Source: Nemertoderma westbladi
Taxonomy: Eukaryota > Animalia > Xenacoelomorpha
Direction of reading: 5' to 3'
DNA: 61,010 bases
Assembly: GCA_032718475.1 (NCBI GenBank)
Contig: JAUCBJ010006562.1
Location: 1 to 61,010, forward strand
Below the pieces are notes generated by a model. The model saw only the letters and a list, made by a program, of their open reading frames with translations, was not told the origin of the DNA and ran no database searches. Positions within the stretch are counted from its first letter, which is position 1, and every line of letters starts with the position of its first letter. Positions 49,201 to 61,010 of this stretch are shown piece after piece. A program made the translations under genes and the position numbers.

Positions 49201-52200
49201 AATGTAGGACTAATTATCTATCAGAAATACTTCGAGAGGCGCTCTATCTAGGGATGGTAACCGTAGGATAATGTTGGACTAATTATGTATCTATCATAAA
49301 CACTCCGAGAGGCGCTCTATCTAGGGATGGTAAACGTAGGATAATGTAGGACTAATTATCTATCATAAATACTCCGAGAGGCGCTCTATCTAGGGATGGT
49401 AAACGTAGGATAATGTAGGACTAATTATCTATCATAAATACTCCGAGAGGCGCTCTATCTAGAGATGGTAAACGTAGGATAATGTAGGACTAATTATCTA
49501 TCATAAATACTCCCACAGGCGATCTATCTAGTGGTAAACGTAGGATAATGTAGGACTAATTATCTATCAGAAATACTTCGAGAGGCGCTCTATCTAGGGA
49601 TGGTAACCGTAGGATAATGTAGGACTAATTATGTATCTATCATAAACACTCCGAGAGGCGCTCTATCTAGGGATGGTAAACGTAGGATAATGTAGGACTA
49701 ATTATCTATCATAAATACTCCGAGAGGCGCTCTATCTAGGGATGGTAAACGTAGGATAATGTAGGACTAATTATCTATCATAAATACTCCGAGAGGCGCT
49801 CTATCTAGGGATGGTAAACGTAGGATAATGTAGGACTAATTATCTATCATAAATACTCCGAGAGGTGCTCTATCTAGGGATGTTAAACGTAGGATAATGT
49901 TGGACTAATTATCTATCATAAATACTCCGAGAGGCGATCTATCTAGGGATGGTAAACGTAGGATAATGTAGGACTAATTATCTATCATAAATACTCCGAG
50001 AGGCGCTCTATCTAGGGATGGTAAACGTAGGATAATGTAGGACTAGTTATCTATCATAAATACTCCGAGAGGCGCTCTATCTAGGGTTGGTAAACGTAGG
50101 ATAATGTAGGACTAATTATCTATCATAAATACTCCGAGAGGCGCTCTATCTAGGGATGGTAAACGTAGGATAATGTAGGACTAATTATCTATCATAAATA
50201 CTCCGAGAGGTGCTCTATCTAGGGATGGTAAACGTAGGATAATGTAGGACTAATTATCTATCATAAATATTCCGAGAGGCGCTCTATCTAGGGATGGTAA
50301 ACGTAGGATAATGTTGGACTAATTATCCACTGATAAATACTACGACAGGCGCTCTATATAGTGGTAAACGAAGGATAATGTTGGACTAATTATCTATCAT
50401 AAATACTCTGAGAGTCGCTCTATCTAGGGATGGTAAACGTAGGATAATGTTGGACTAATTATCCACTGATAAATACTACGACAGGCGCTCTATATAGTGG
50501 TAAACGAAGGATAATGTAGGACTAATTATCTATCATAAATACTCCGAGAGGTGCTCTATCTAGGGATGGTAAACGTAGGATAATGTAGGACTAATTATCT
50601 ATCATAAATACTCCGAGAGGCGCTCTATTTATGGATGGTAAACGTAGGATAATGTAGGACTAATTATCTATCATAAATACTCCGAGAGGTGCTCTATCTA
50701 GGGATGGTAAACGTAGGATAATGTAGGACTAATTATCTATCATAAATACTTCGAGAGGCGCTCTATCTAGGGATGGTAAACGTAGGATAATGTAGGACTA
50801 ATTATGTATCTATCATAAACACTCCGAGAGGCGCTCTATCTAGGGATGGTAAACGTAGGATAATGTAGGACTAATTATCTATCATAAATACTCCGAGAGG
50901 CGCTCTATCTAGGGATGGTAAACGTAGGATATTGTAGGACTAATTATCTATCATAAATACTCCGAGAGGCGCTCTATCTAGGGATGGTAAACGTAGGATA
51001 ATGTAGGACTAATTATCTATCATAAATACTCAGAGAGGCGCTCTATCTAGGGATGGTAAACGTAGGATAATGTAGGACTAATTATCTATCATAAATAATC
51101 CGAGAGGTGCTCTATCTAGGGATGGTAAACGTAGGATTATCTATCATAAATACTCCGACAGGCGCTCTATCTAGGGATGGTAAACGTAGGATAATGTAGG
51201 ACTAATTATCTATCATAAATACTCCGAGAGGCGCTCTATCTAGGGATGGTAAACGTAGGATAATGTAGGACTAATTATCCACTGATAAATACTCCGACAG
51301 GCGCTCTATCTAGTGGTAAACGTAGGATAATGTAGGACTAATTATCTATCATAAATACTCCGAGAGGCGCTCTATCTAGGGATGTTAAACGTAGGATAAT
51401 GTTGGACTAATTATCCACTGATAAATACTCCGACAGGCGCTCTATCTAGTGGTAAACGTAGGATAATGTAGGACTAATTATCTATCATAAATAATCCGAG
51501 AGGTGCTCTATCTAGGGATGGTAAACGTAGGATAATGTAGGACTAATTATCTATCATAAATACTCCGACAGGCGCTCTATCTAGGGATGGTAAACGTAGG
51601 ATAATGTAGGACTAATTATCTATCATAAATACTCCGAGAGGCGCTCTATCTAGGGATGGTAAACGTAGGATAATGTAGGACTAATTATCTATCATAAATA
51701 CTCCGACAGGCGATCTATCTAGTGGTAAACGTAGGATAATGTAGTACTAATTATCTATCATAAATACTCCGAGAGGCGCTCTATCTAGGGATGGTAAACG
51801 TAGGATGACGTAGGACTAATTATCTATCATAAATACTCCGAGAGGTGCTCTATCTAGGGATGGTAAACGTAGGATAATGCAGGACTAATTTATCTATCAT
51901 AAATACTCCGAGAGGCGCTCTATCTAGGGATGGTAAACGTAGGATAATGTGGGACTAATTATATATCATAAATACTCCGAGAGGCGCTCTATCTAGGAAT
52001 GGAAAACGTAGGATAATGTAGGACTAATTATCTACCATAAATACTCCGAGAGGCGCTCTATCTAGGGATAGTAAACGTAGGATAATGTAGGACTAATTAT
52101 CTATCATAAAGACTCCGAGAGGCGCTCTATCTAGGGATGGTAAACGTAGGATAATGTAGGATTAATTGTCTAATATAAATACTCCGAGAGTCGCTCTATC

Positions 52201-55200
52201 TAGGAATAGTAAACGTAGGATAATGTAGGACTAATTATCTATCATAAAGACTCCGAGATGCGCTCTATCTAGGGATGGTAAACGTAGGATAATGTAGGAC
52301 TAATTATCTATCATAAATACTCTGAGAGGCGCTCTATCTTGGGATGGTAAACGTAGGATAATGCAGGACTAGTTATCTATCATAGATACTCCAGAGCGCT
52401 CTATCTAGGGATAGAAAACGTAGGATAATGCAGGACTAGTTATCTATCATAAATACTCCGAGAGGCGCTTTATCTAGGGATGGTAAACGTAGGATAATGT
52501 AGGACAAGTTATCTATCATAAATACTCCGAGAGGCGCTCTATCTAGGGTTGGTAAACGTAGGATAATGTAGGACTAATTATTATCTATCATAAATACTCT
52601 TATAAGCGCTCTATCTAGGGATGGTAAACGTAGGATAATGTAGGACTAATCCGAGAGGCGCTCTATCTAGGGATGGTAAACGTAGGATAATGTAGGACTA
52701 ATTATCTATCATAAATACTCCGAGAGGCGCTCTATCTAGGGATGGTAAACGTAGGATAATGTAGGACTAATTATCTATCATAAATACTCCGAGAGGCGCT
52801 CTATCTAGGGATGGTAAACGTAGGATAATGTAGGACTAATTATCTATCATAAATACTCCGACAGGCGCTCTATCTAGGGATGGTAAACGTAGGATAATGT
52901 AGGACTAATTATCTATCATAAATACTCCGAGAGGCGCTCTATCTAGGGATGGTAAACGTAGGATAATGTAGGACTAATTATCCACTGATAAATACTCCGA
53001 CAGGCGCTCTATCTAGTGGTAAACGTAGGATAATGTAGGACTAATTATCTATCATAAATAATCCGAGAGTTGCTCTATCTAGGGATGGTAAACGTAGGAT
53101 AATGTAGGACTAATTATCTATCATAAATACTCCGACAGGCGCTCTATCTAGGGATGGTAAACGTAGGATAATGTAGGACTAATTATCTATCATAAATACT
53201 CCGAGAGGCGCTCTATCTAGGGATGGTAAACGTAGGATATTGTAGGACTAATTATCTATCATAAATACTCCGAGAGGCGCTCTATCTAGGGATGGTAAAC
53301 GTAGGATAATGTAGGACTAATTATCTATCATAAATACTCCGAGAGGCGCTCTATCTAGGGATGGTAAACGTAGGATAATGTAGGACTAATTATCTATCAT
53401 AAATAATCCGAGAGGTGCTCTATCTAGGGATGGTAAACGTAGGATAATGTAGGACTAATTATCTATCATAAATACTCCGACAGGCGCTCTATCTAGGGAT
53501 GGTAAACGTAGGATAATGTAGGACTAATTATCTATCATAAATACTCCGAGAGGCGCTCTATCTGGGGATGGTAAACGTAGGATAATGTAGGACTAATTAT
53601 CCACTGATAAATACTCCGACAGGCGCTCTATCTAGTGGTAAACGTAGGATAATGTAGGACTAATTATCTATCATAAATACTCCGAGAGGCGCTCTATCTA
53701 GGAATGTTAAACGTAGGATAATGTTGGACTAATTATCCACTGATAAATACTCCGACAGGCGCTCTATCTAGTGGTAAACGTAGGATAATGTAGGACTAAT
53801 TATCTATCATAAATAATCCGAGAGGTGCTCTATCTAGGGATGGTAAACGTAGGATAATGTAGGACTAATTATCTATCATAAATACTCCGACAGGCGCTCT
53901 ATCTAGGGATGGTAAACGTAGGATAATGTAGGACTAATTATCTATCATAAAGACTCCGAGAGGCGCTCTATCTAGGGATGGTAAACGTAGGATAATGTAG
54001 GACTAATTATCTATCATAAATACTCCGACAGGCGCTCTATCTAGTGGTAAACGTAGGATAATGTAGGACTAATTATCTATCATAAATACTCCGAGAGGCG
54101 CTCTATCTAGGGATGGTAAACGTAGGATGACGTAGGACTAATTATCTATCATAAATACTCCGAGAGGTGCTCTATCTAGGGATGGTAAACGTAGGATAAT
54201 GCAGGACTAATTTATCTATCATAAATACTCCGAGAGGCGCTCTATCTAGGGATGGTAAACGTAGGATAATGTGGGACTAATTATATATCATAAATACTCC
54301 GAGAGGCGCTCTATCTAGGGATGGAGAACGTAGGATAATGTAGGACTAATTATCTACCATAAATACTTCGAGAGGCGCTCTATCTAGGGATGGTAAACGC
54401 AGGATAATGTAGGACTAATTATGTTTCTATCATAAACACTCCGAGAGGCGCTCTATCTAGGGATGGTAAACGTAGGATAATGTAGGACTAATTATCTATC
54501 ATAAATACTCCGAGAGGCGCTCTATCTAGGGATGGTAAACGTAGGATAATGTAGGACTAATTATCTATCATAAATACTCCGAGAGGCGCTCTATCTAGGG
54601 ATGGTAAACGTAGGATAATGTAGGACTAATTATCTATCATAAATACTCCGAGAGGCGCTCTATCTAAGGATGGTAAACGTAGGATAATGTAGGACTAATT
54701 ATCTATCATAAATACTCCGAGAGGCGCTCTATCTAGGGATGGTAAACGTAGGATAATGTAGGACTAATTGTCTAATATAAATACTCCGAGAGTCGCTCTA
54801 TCTAGGAATAGTAAACGTAGGATAATGTAGGACTAATTATCTATCATAAAGACTCCGAGAGGCGCTCTATCTAGGGATGGTAAACGTAGGATAATGTAGG
54901 ACTAATTATCTATCATAAATACTCTGAGAGGCGCTCTATCTAGGGATGGTAAACGTAGGATAATGCAGGACTAGTTATCTATCATAAATACTCCAGAGGC
55001 GCTCTATCTAGGGATGGTAAACGTAGGATAATGTAGGACTAATTATCTATCATAAATACTCCGAGAGGCGCTCTATCTAGGGATGGTAAACGTAGGATAA
55101 TGTAGGACAAGTTATCTATCATAAATACTCCGAGAGGCGCTCTATCTAGGGATAGAAAACGTAGGATAATGCAGGACTAGTTATCTATCATAAATACTCC

Positions 55201-58200
55201 GAGAGGCGCTCTATCTAGGGATGGTAAACGTAGGATAATGTAGGACAAGTTATCTATCATAAATACTCCGAGAGGCGCTCTATCTACGGTTGGTAAACGT
55301 AGGATAATGTAGGACTAATTATTATCTATCATAAATACTCTGATAAGCGCTCTATCTAGGGATGGTAAACGTAGGATAATGTAGGACTAATTATCTATCA
55401 TAAATACTCCGAGAAGCGCTCTATCTAGGGATGGTAAACGTAGGATAATGTAGAACTAATTATCTATCATAAATACTCCGAGAGGTGCTCTATCTAGGGA
55501 TGGTAAACGTAGGATAATGTAGGACTAATTATCTATCATAAATACTCCGAGAGGCGCTCTATCTATGGATGGTAAACGTAGGATAATGTAGGACTAATTA
55601 TCTATCATAAATACTCCGAAAGGTGCTCTATCTAGGGATGGTCTATCATAAATACTTCGAGAGGCGCTCTATCTAGGGATGGTAAACGCAGGATAATGTA
55701 GGACTAATTATGTTTCTATCATAAACACTCCGACAGGCGCTCTATCTAGGGATGGTAAACGTAGGATAATGTAGGACTAATTATCTATCATAAATACTCC
55801 GAGAGGCGCTCTATCTAGGGATGGTAAACGTAGGATAATGTAGGACTAATTATCTATCATAAATAATCCGAGAGGTGCTCTATCTAGGGATGGTAAACGT
55901 AGGATAATGTAGGACTAATTATCTATCATAAATACTCCGAGAGGCGCTCTATCTAGGGATGGTCAACGTAGGATAATGTAGAACTAATTATCTATCATAA
56001 ATACTCCGAGAGGCGCTCTATCTAGGGAAGGTAAACGTAGGATAATGTAGGACTAATTATTATCTATCATAAATACTCAGACAGGCGCTCTATCTAGGGA
56101 TGGTAAACGTAGGATAATGTAGGACTAATTATCTATCATAAATACTCCGAGAGGCGCTCTATCTAGGGATGGTAAACATAGGATAATGTAGGACTAATTA
56201 TTATCTATCATAAATACTCAGACAGGCGCTCTATCTAGGGATGGTAAACGTAGGATAATGTAGGAGTAATTATCTATCATAAATACTCCGAGAGGCGCTC
56301 TATCTAGGGATGGTAAACATAGGATAATGTAGGACTAATTATCCACTGATAAATACTCCGACAGGCGCTCTATTTAGTGGTAAACGTAGGATAATGTAGG
56401 ACTAATTATCTATCATAAATACTCCGACAGGCGCTCTATCTAGGGATGTTAAACGTAGGATAATGTTGGACTAATTATCTATCATAAATACTCCGAGAGG
56501 TGCTCTATCTAGGGATGTTAAACGTAGGATAATGTTGGACTAATTATCTATCATAAATACTCCGAGAGGTGCTCTATCTAGGGATGGTAAACGTAGGATA
56601 ATGTAGGACTAATTATCTATCATAAATACTCCGAGAGGTGCTCTATCTAGGGATGGTAAACGTAGGATAATGTAGGACTAATTATCTATCATAAATACTC
56701 CGAGAGGTGCTCTATCTAGGGATGGTAAACGTAGGATAATGTAGGGTTAATTATCTATCATAAATACTCCGAGAGGCGCTCTATCTAGGGATGGTAAACG
56801 TAGGATAATGTAGGACTAGTTATCTATCATAAATACTCCGACAGGCGCTCTATATAGGGATGGTAAACGTAGGATAATGTAGGACTAATTATCTATCATA
56901 AATACTCCGAGAGGCGCTCTATCTAGGGATGGTAAACGTAGGATAATGTAGGACTAATTATCCACTGATAAATACTCCGACAGGCGCTCTATCTAGTGGT
57001 AAACGTAGGATAATGTAGGACTAATTATCTATCATATATAATCCGAGAGTTGCTCTATCTAGGGATGTTAAACGTAGGATAATGTAGGACTAATTATCTA
57101 TCATAAATACTCCGACAGGCGCTCTATCTAGGGATGGTAAACGTAGGATAATGTAGGACTAATTATCTATCATAAATACTCCGAGAGGCGCTCTATCTAG
57201 GGATGGTAAACGTAGGATAATGTAGGACTAATTATCTATCATAAATACTCCGAGAGGTGCTCTATCTAGGGATGGTAAACGTAGGATAATGTAGGACTAA
57301 TTATCTATCATAAATACTCCGAGAGGCGCTCTATCTAGGGATGGTCAACGTAGGATAATGTAGGACTAATTATCTATCATAAATACTCCGAGAGGCGCTC
57401 TATCTAGGGATGGTAAACGTAGGATAATGTAGGACTAATTTATCTATCATAAATACTCCGACAGGCGCTCTATCTAGGGATGGTAAACGTAGGATAATGT
57501 AGGACTAATTATCTATCATAAATACTCCGAGAGGCGCTCTATCTAGGGATGGTAAACGTAGGATAATGTAGGACTAATTATCTATCATAAATACTCCGAC
57601 AGGCGCTCTATCTAGGGATGGTAAACGTAGGATAATGTAGGACTAATTATCTATCATAAATACTCCGAGAGGCGCTCTATCTAGGGATGGTAAACATAGG
57701 ATAATGTAGGACTAATTATCCACTGATAAATACTCCGACAGGCGCTCTATTTAGTGGTAAACGTAGGATAATGTAGGACTAATTATCTATCATAAATACT
57801 CCGAGAGGCGCTCTATCTAGGGATGGTAAACGTAGGATAATGTAGGACTAATTATCTATCATAAATACTCCGAGAGGTGCTCTATCTAGGGATGGTAAAC
57901 GTAGGATAATGTAGGACTAATTATCTATCATAAATACTCCGAGAGGTGCTCTATCTAGGGATGGTAAACGTAGGATAATGTAGGACTAATTATCTATCAT
58001 AAATACTCCGAGAGGCGCTCTATCTAGGGATGGTAAACGTAGGATAATGTAGGACTAATTATCTATCATAAATACTCCGAGAGGCGCTCTATCTAGGGAT
58101 GGTAAACGTAGGATAATGTAGGACTAATTATCTATCATAAATACTCCGAGAGGCGCTCTATCTAGGGATGGTAAACGTAGGATAATGTAGGACTAGTTAT

Positions 58201-61010
58201 CTATCATAAATACTCCGAGAGGCGCTCTATCTAGGGATGGTAAACGTAGGATAATGTAGGACTAATTATCTATCATAAATACTCCGAGAGGCGCTCTATC
58301 TAGGGATGGTAAACGTAGGATAATGTAGGACTAATTATCTATCATAAATACTCCGACAGGCGCTCTATCTAGTGGTAAACGTAGGATAATGTAGGACTAA
58401 TTATCTATCATAAATACTCCGAGAGGTGCTCTATCTAGGGATGGTAAACGTAGGATAATGTAGGACTAATTATCTATCATAAATACTCCGACAGGCGCTC
58501 TATCTAGGGATGGTAAACGTAGGATAATGTAGGACTAATTATCTATCATAAATACTCCGAGAGGCGCTCTATCTAGGGATGGTAAACGTAGGATAATGTA
58601 GGACTAATTATCCACTGATAAATACTCCGACAGGCGCTCTATCTAGTGGTAAACGTAGGATAATGTAGGACTAATTATCTATCATAAATACTCCGAGAGG
58701 CGCTCTATCTAGGGATGTTAAACGTAGGATAATGTTGGACTAATTATCCACTGATAAATACTCCGACAGGCGCTCTATCTAGTGGTAAACGTAGGATAAT
58801 GTAGGACTAATTATCTATCATAAATAATCCGAGAGGTGCTCTATCTAGGGATGGTAAACGTAGGATAATGTAGGACTAATTATCTATCATAAATACTCCG
58901 AGAGGCGCTCTATCTAGGGATGGTAAACGTAGGATAATGTAGGACTAATTATCTATCATAAATACTCCGAGAGGCGCTCTATCTAGGGATGGTAAACGTA
59001 GGATAATGTAGGACTAATTATCTATCATAAATACTCCGACAGGCGCTCTATCTAGGGATGGTAAACGTAGGATAATGTAGGACTAATTATCTATCATAAA
59101 TACTCCGAGAGGCGCTCTATCTAGGGATGGTAAACGTAGGATAATGTAGGACTAATTATTATCTATCATAAATACTCCGACAGGCGCTCTATCTAGGGAT
59201 GGTAAACGTAGGATAATGTAGGACTAATTATCTATCATAAATACTCCGAGAGGCGCTCTATCTAGGGATGGTAAACGTAGGATAATGTAGGACTAATTAT
59301 CCACTCATAAATACTCCGACAGGCGCTCTATCTAGGTGGTAAACGTAGGATAATGTAGGACTAATTATCTATCATAAATACTCCGAGAGGCGCTCTATCT
59401 AGGGATGTTAAACGTAGGATAATGTAGGACTAATTATCTATCATAAATACTCCGAGAGGCGCTCTATCTAGGGATGGTAAACGTAGGATAATGTAGGACT
59501 AATTATCTATCATAAATACTCCGAGAGGTGCTCTATCTAGGGATGGTAAACGTAGGATAATGTAGGACTAATTATCTATCATAAATACTCCGAGAGGCGC
59601 TCTATCTAGGGATGGTAAACGTAGGATAATGTAGGACTAATTATCTATCATAAATACTCCGAGAGGCGCTCTATCTAGGGATGGTAAACGTAGGATAATG
59701 TAGGACTAATTATCTATCATAAATACTCCGAGAGGCGCTCTATCTAGGGATGGTAAACGTAGGATAATGTAGGACTAATTATCTATCATAAATACTCCGA
59801 GAGGCGCTCTATCTAGGGATGGTAAACGTAGGATAATGTAGGACTAATTATCTATCATAAATACTCCGAGAGGCGCTCTATCTAGGGATGGTAAACGTAG
59901 GATAATGTAGGACTAATTATCTATCATAAATACTCCGAGAGGCGCTCTATCTAGGGATGGTAAACGTAGGATAATGTAGGACTAATTATCTATCATAAAT
60001 ACTCCGAGAGGCGCTCTATCTAGGGATGGTAAACGTAGGATAATGTAGGACTAATTATCTATCATAAATACTCCGAGAGGCGCTCTATCTAGGGATGGTA
60101 AACGTAGGATAATGTAGGACTAATTATCTATCATAAATACTCCGAGAGGCGCTCTATCTAGGGATGGTAAACGTAGGATAATGTAGGACTAATTATCTAT
60201 CATAAATACTCCGACAGGCGCTCTATCTAGGGATGGTAAACGTAGGATAATGTAGGACTAATTATCTATCATAAATACTCCGAGAGGCGCTCTATCTAGG
60301 GATGGTAAACGTAGGATAATGTAGGACTAATTATCCACTGATAAATACTCCGACAGGCGCTCTATCTAGTGGTAAACGTAGGATAATGTAGGACTAATTA
60401 TCTATCATAAATACTCCGAGAGGTGCTCTATCTAGGGATGGTAAACGTAGGATAATGTAGGACTAATTATCTATCATAAATACTCCGAGAGGCGCTCTAT
60501 CTAGGGATGGTAAACGTAGGATAATGTAGGACTAATTATCTATCATAAATACTCCGAGAGGCGCTCTATCTAGGGATGGTAAACGTAGGATAATGTAGGA
60601 CTAATTATCTATCATAAATACTCCGAGAGGCGCTCTATCTAGGGATGGTAAACGTAGGATAATGTAGGACTAATTATCTATCATAAATACTCCGAGAGGC
60701 GCTCTATCTAGGGATGGTAAACGTAGGATAATGTAGGACTAATTATCTATCATAAATACTCCGAGAGGCGCTCTATCTAGGGATGGTAAACGTAGGATAA
60801 TGTAGGACTAATTATCTATCATAAATACTCCGAGAGGCGCTCTATCTAGGGATGGTAAACGTAGGATAATGTAGGACTAATTATCTATCATAAATACTCC
60901 GAGAGGCGCTCTATCTAGGGATGGTAAACGTAGGATAATGTAGGACTAATTATCTATCATAAATACTCCGAGAGGCGCTCTATCTAGGGATGGTAAACGT
61001 AGGATAATGT
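43289..61010. repeat. Satellite B: 69-bp monomer AAACGTAGGATAATGTAGGACTAATTATCTATCATAAATACTCCGAGAGGCGCTCTATCTAGGGATGGT (66-bp variant), more than 17.7 kb, roughly 255 monomers, runs off the window
   Basis: Continuous tandem array; the 9-base shift per 60-base line confirms the 69-bp period. Confidence 0.98.

Noticed and set aside
29060-61010. CRISPR-like array
   Set aside because: No unique spacers, no cas genes, and a eukaryotic context.
43289-61010. Hammerhead-ribozyme satellite
   Set aside because: No CTGANGA plus GAAA core on either strand of the consensus monomers; the CTGATAA variant does not complete the core.

Overview
This is animal (probably bilaterian invertebrate) nuclear DNA at a boundary between genes and satellite DNA. 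The first ~29 kb is AT-rich and carries three intact, intronless housekeeping genes: GOSR1/Gos28 (-), INTS14/VWA9 (-) and threonyl-tRNA synthetase (+, with an N-terminal extension resembling a mitochondrial presequence). It also carries one two-exon gene for a signal-peptide-bearing protein with four EF-hands (-). The intergenic DNA is full of non-autonomous transposons (MULE-, Kolobok-, Harbinger- and hAT-like MITEs with visible TIRs or TSDs), 5'-truncated LINEs (an RTE copy with a TSD, CR1/L2-group fragments), SINE fragments, an inverted-repeat element whose arms are tRNA-like, strongly over-represented TA-x-TA motifs resembling excision footprints, and minisatellites of 22, 37, ~30 and 39 bp. 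The last ~32 kb is two adjacent satellites. The first is a ~14 kb 46/30-bp array whose monomer appears to be the amplified junction between host flank and a hAT-like transposon end. The second is a 69/66-bp array of more than 17.7 kb that runs off the window. Both show kb-scale higher-order duplications. All calls come from reading the sequence; no database searches were run.
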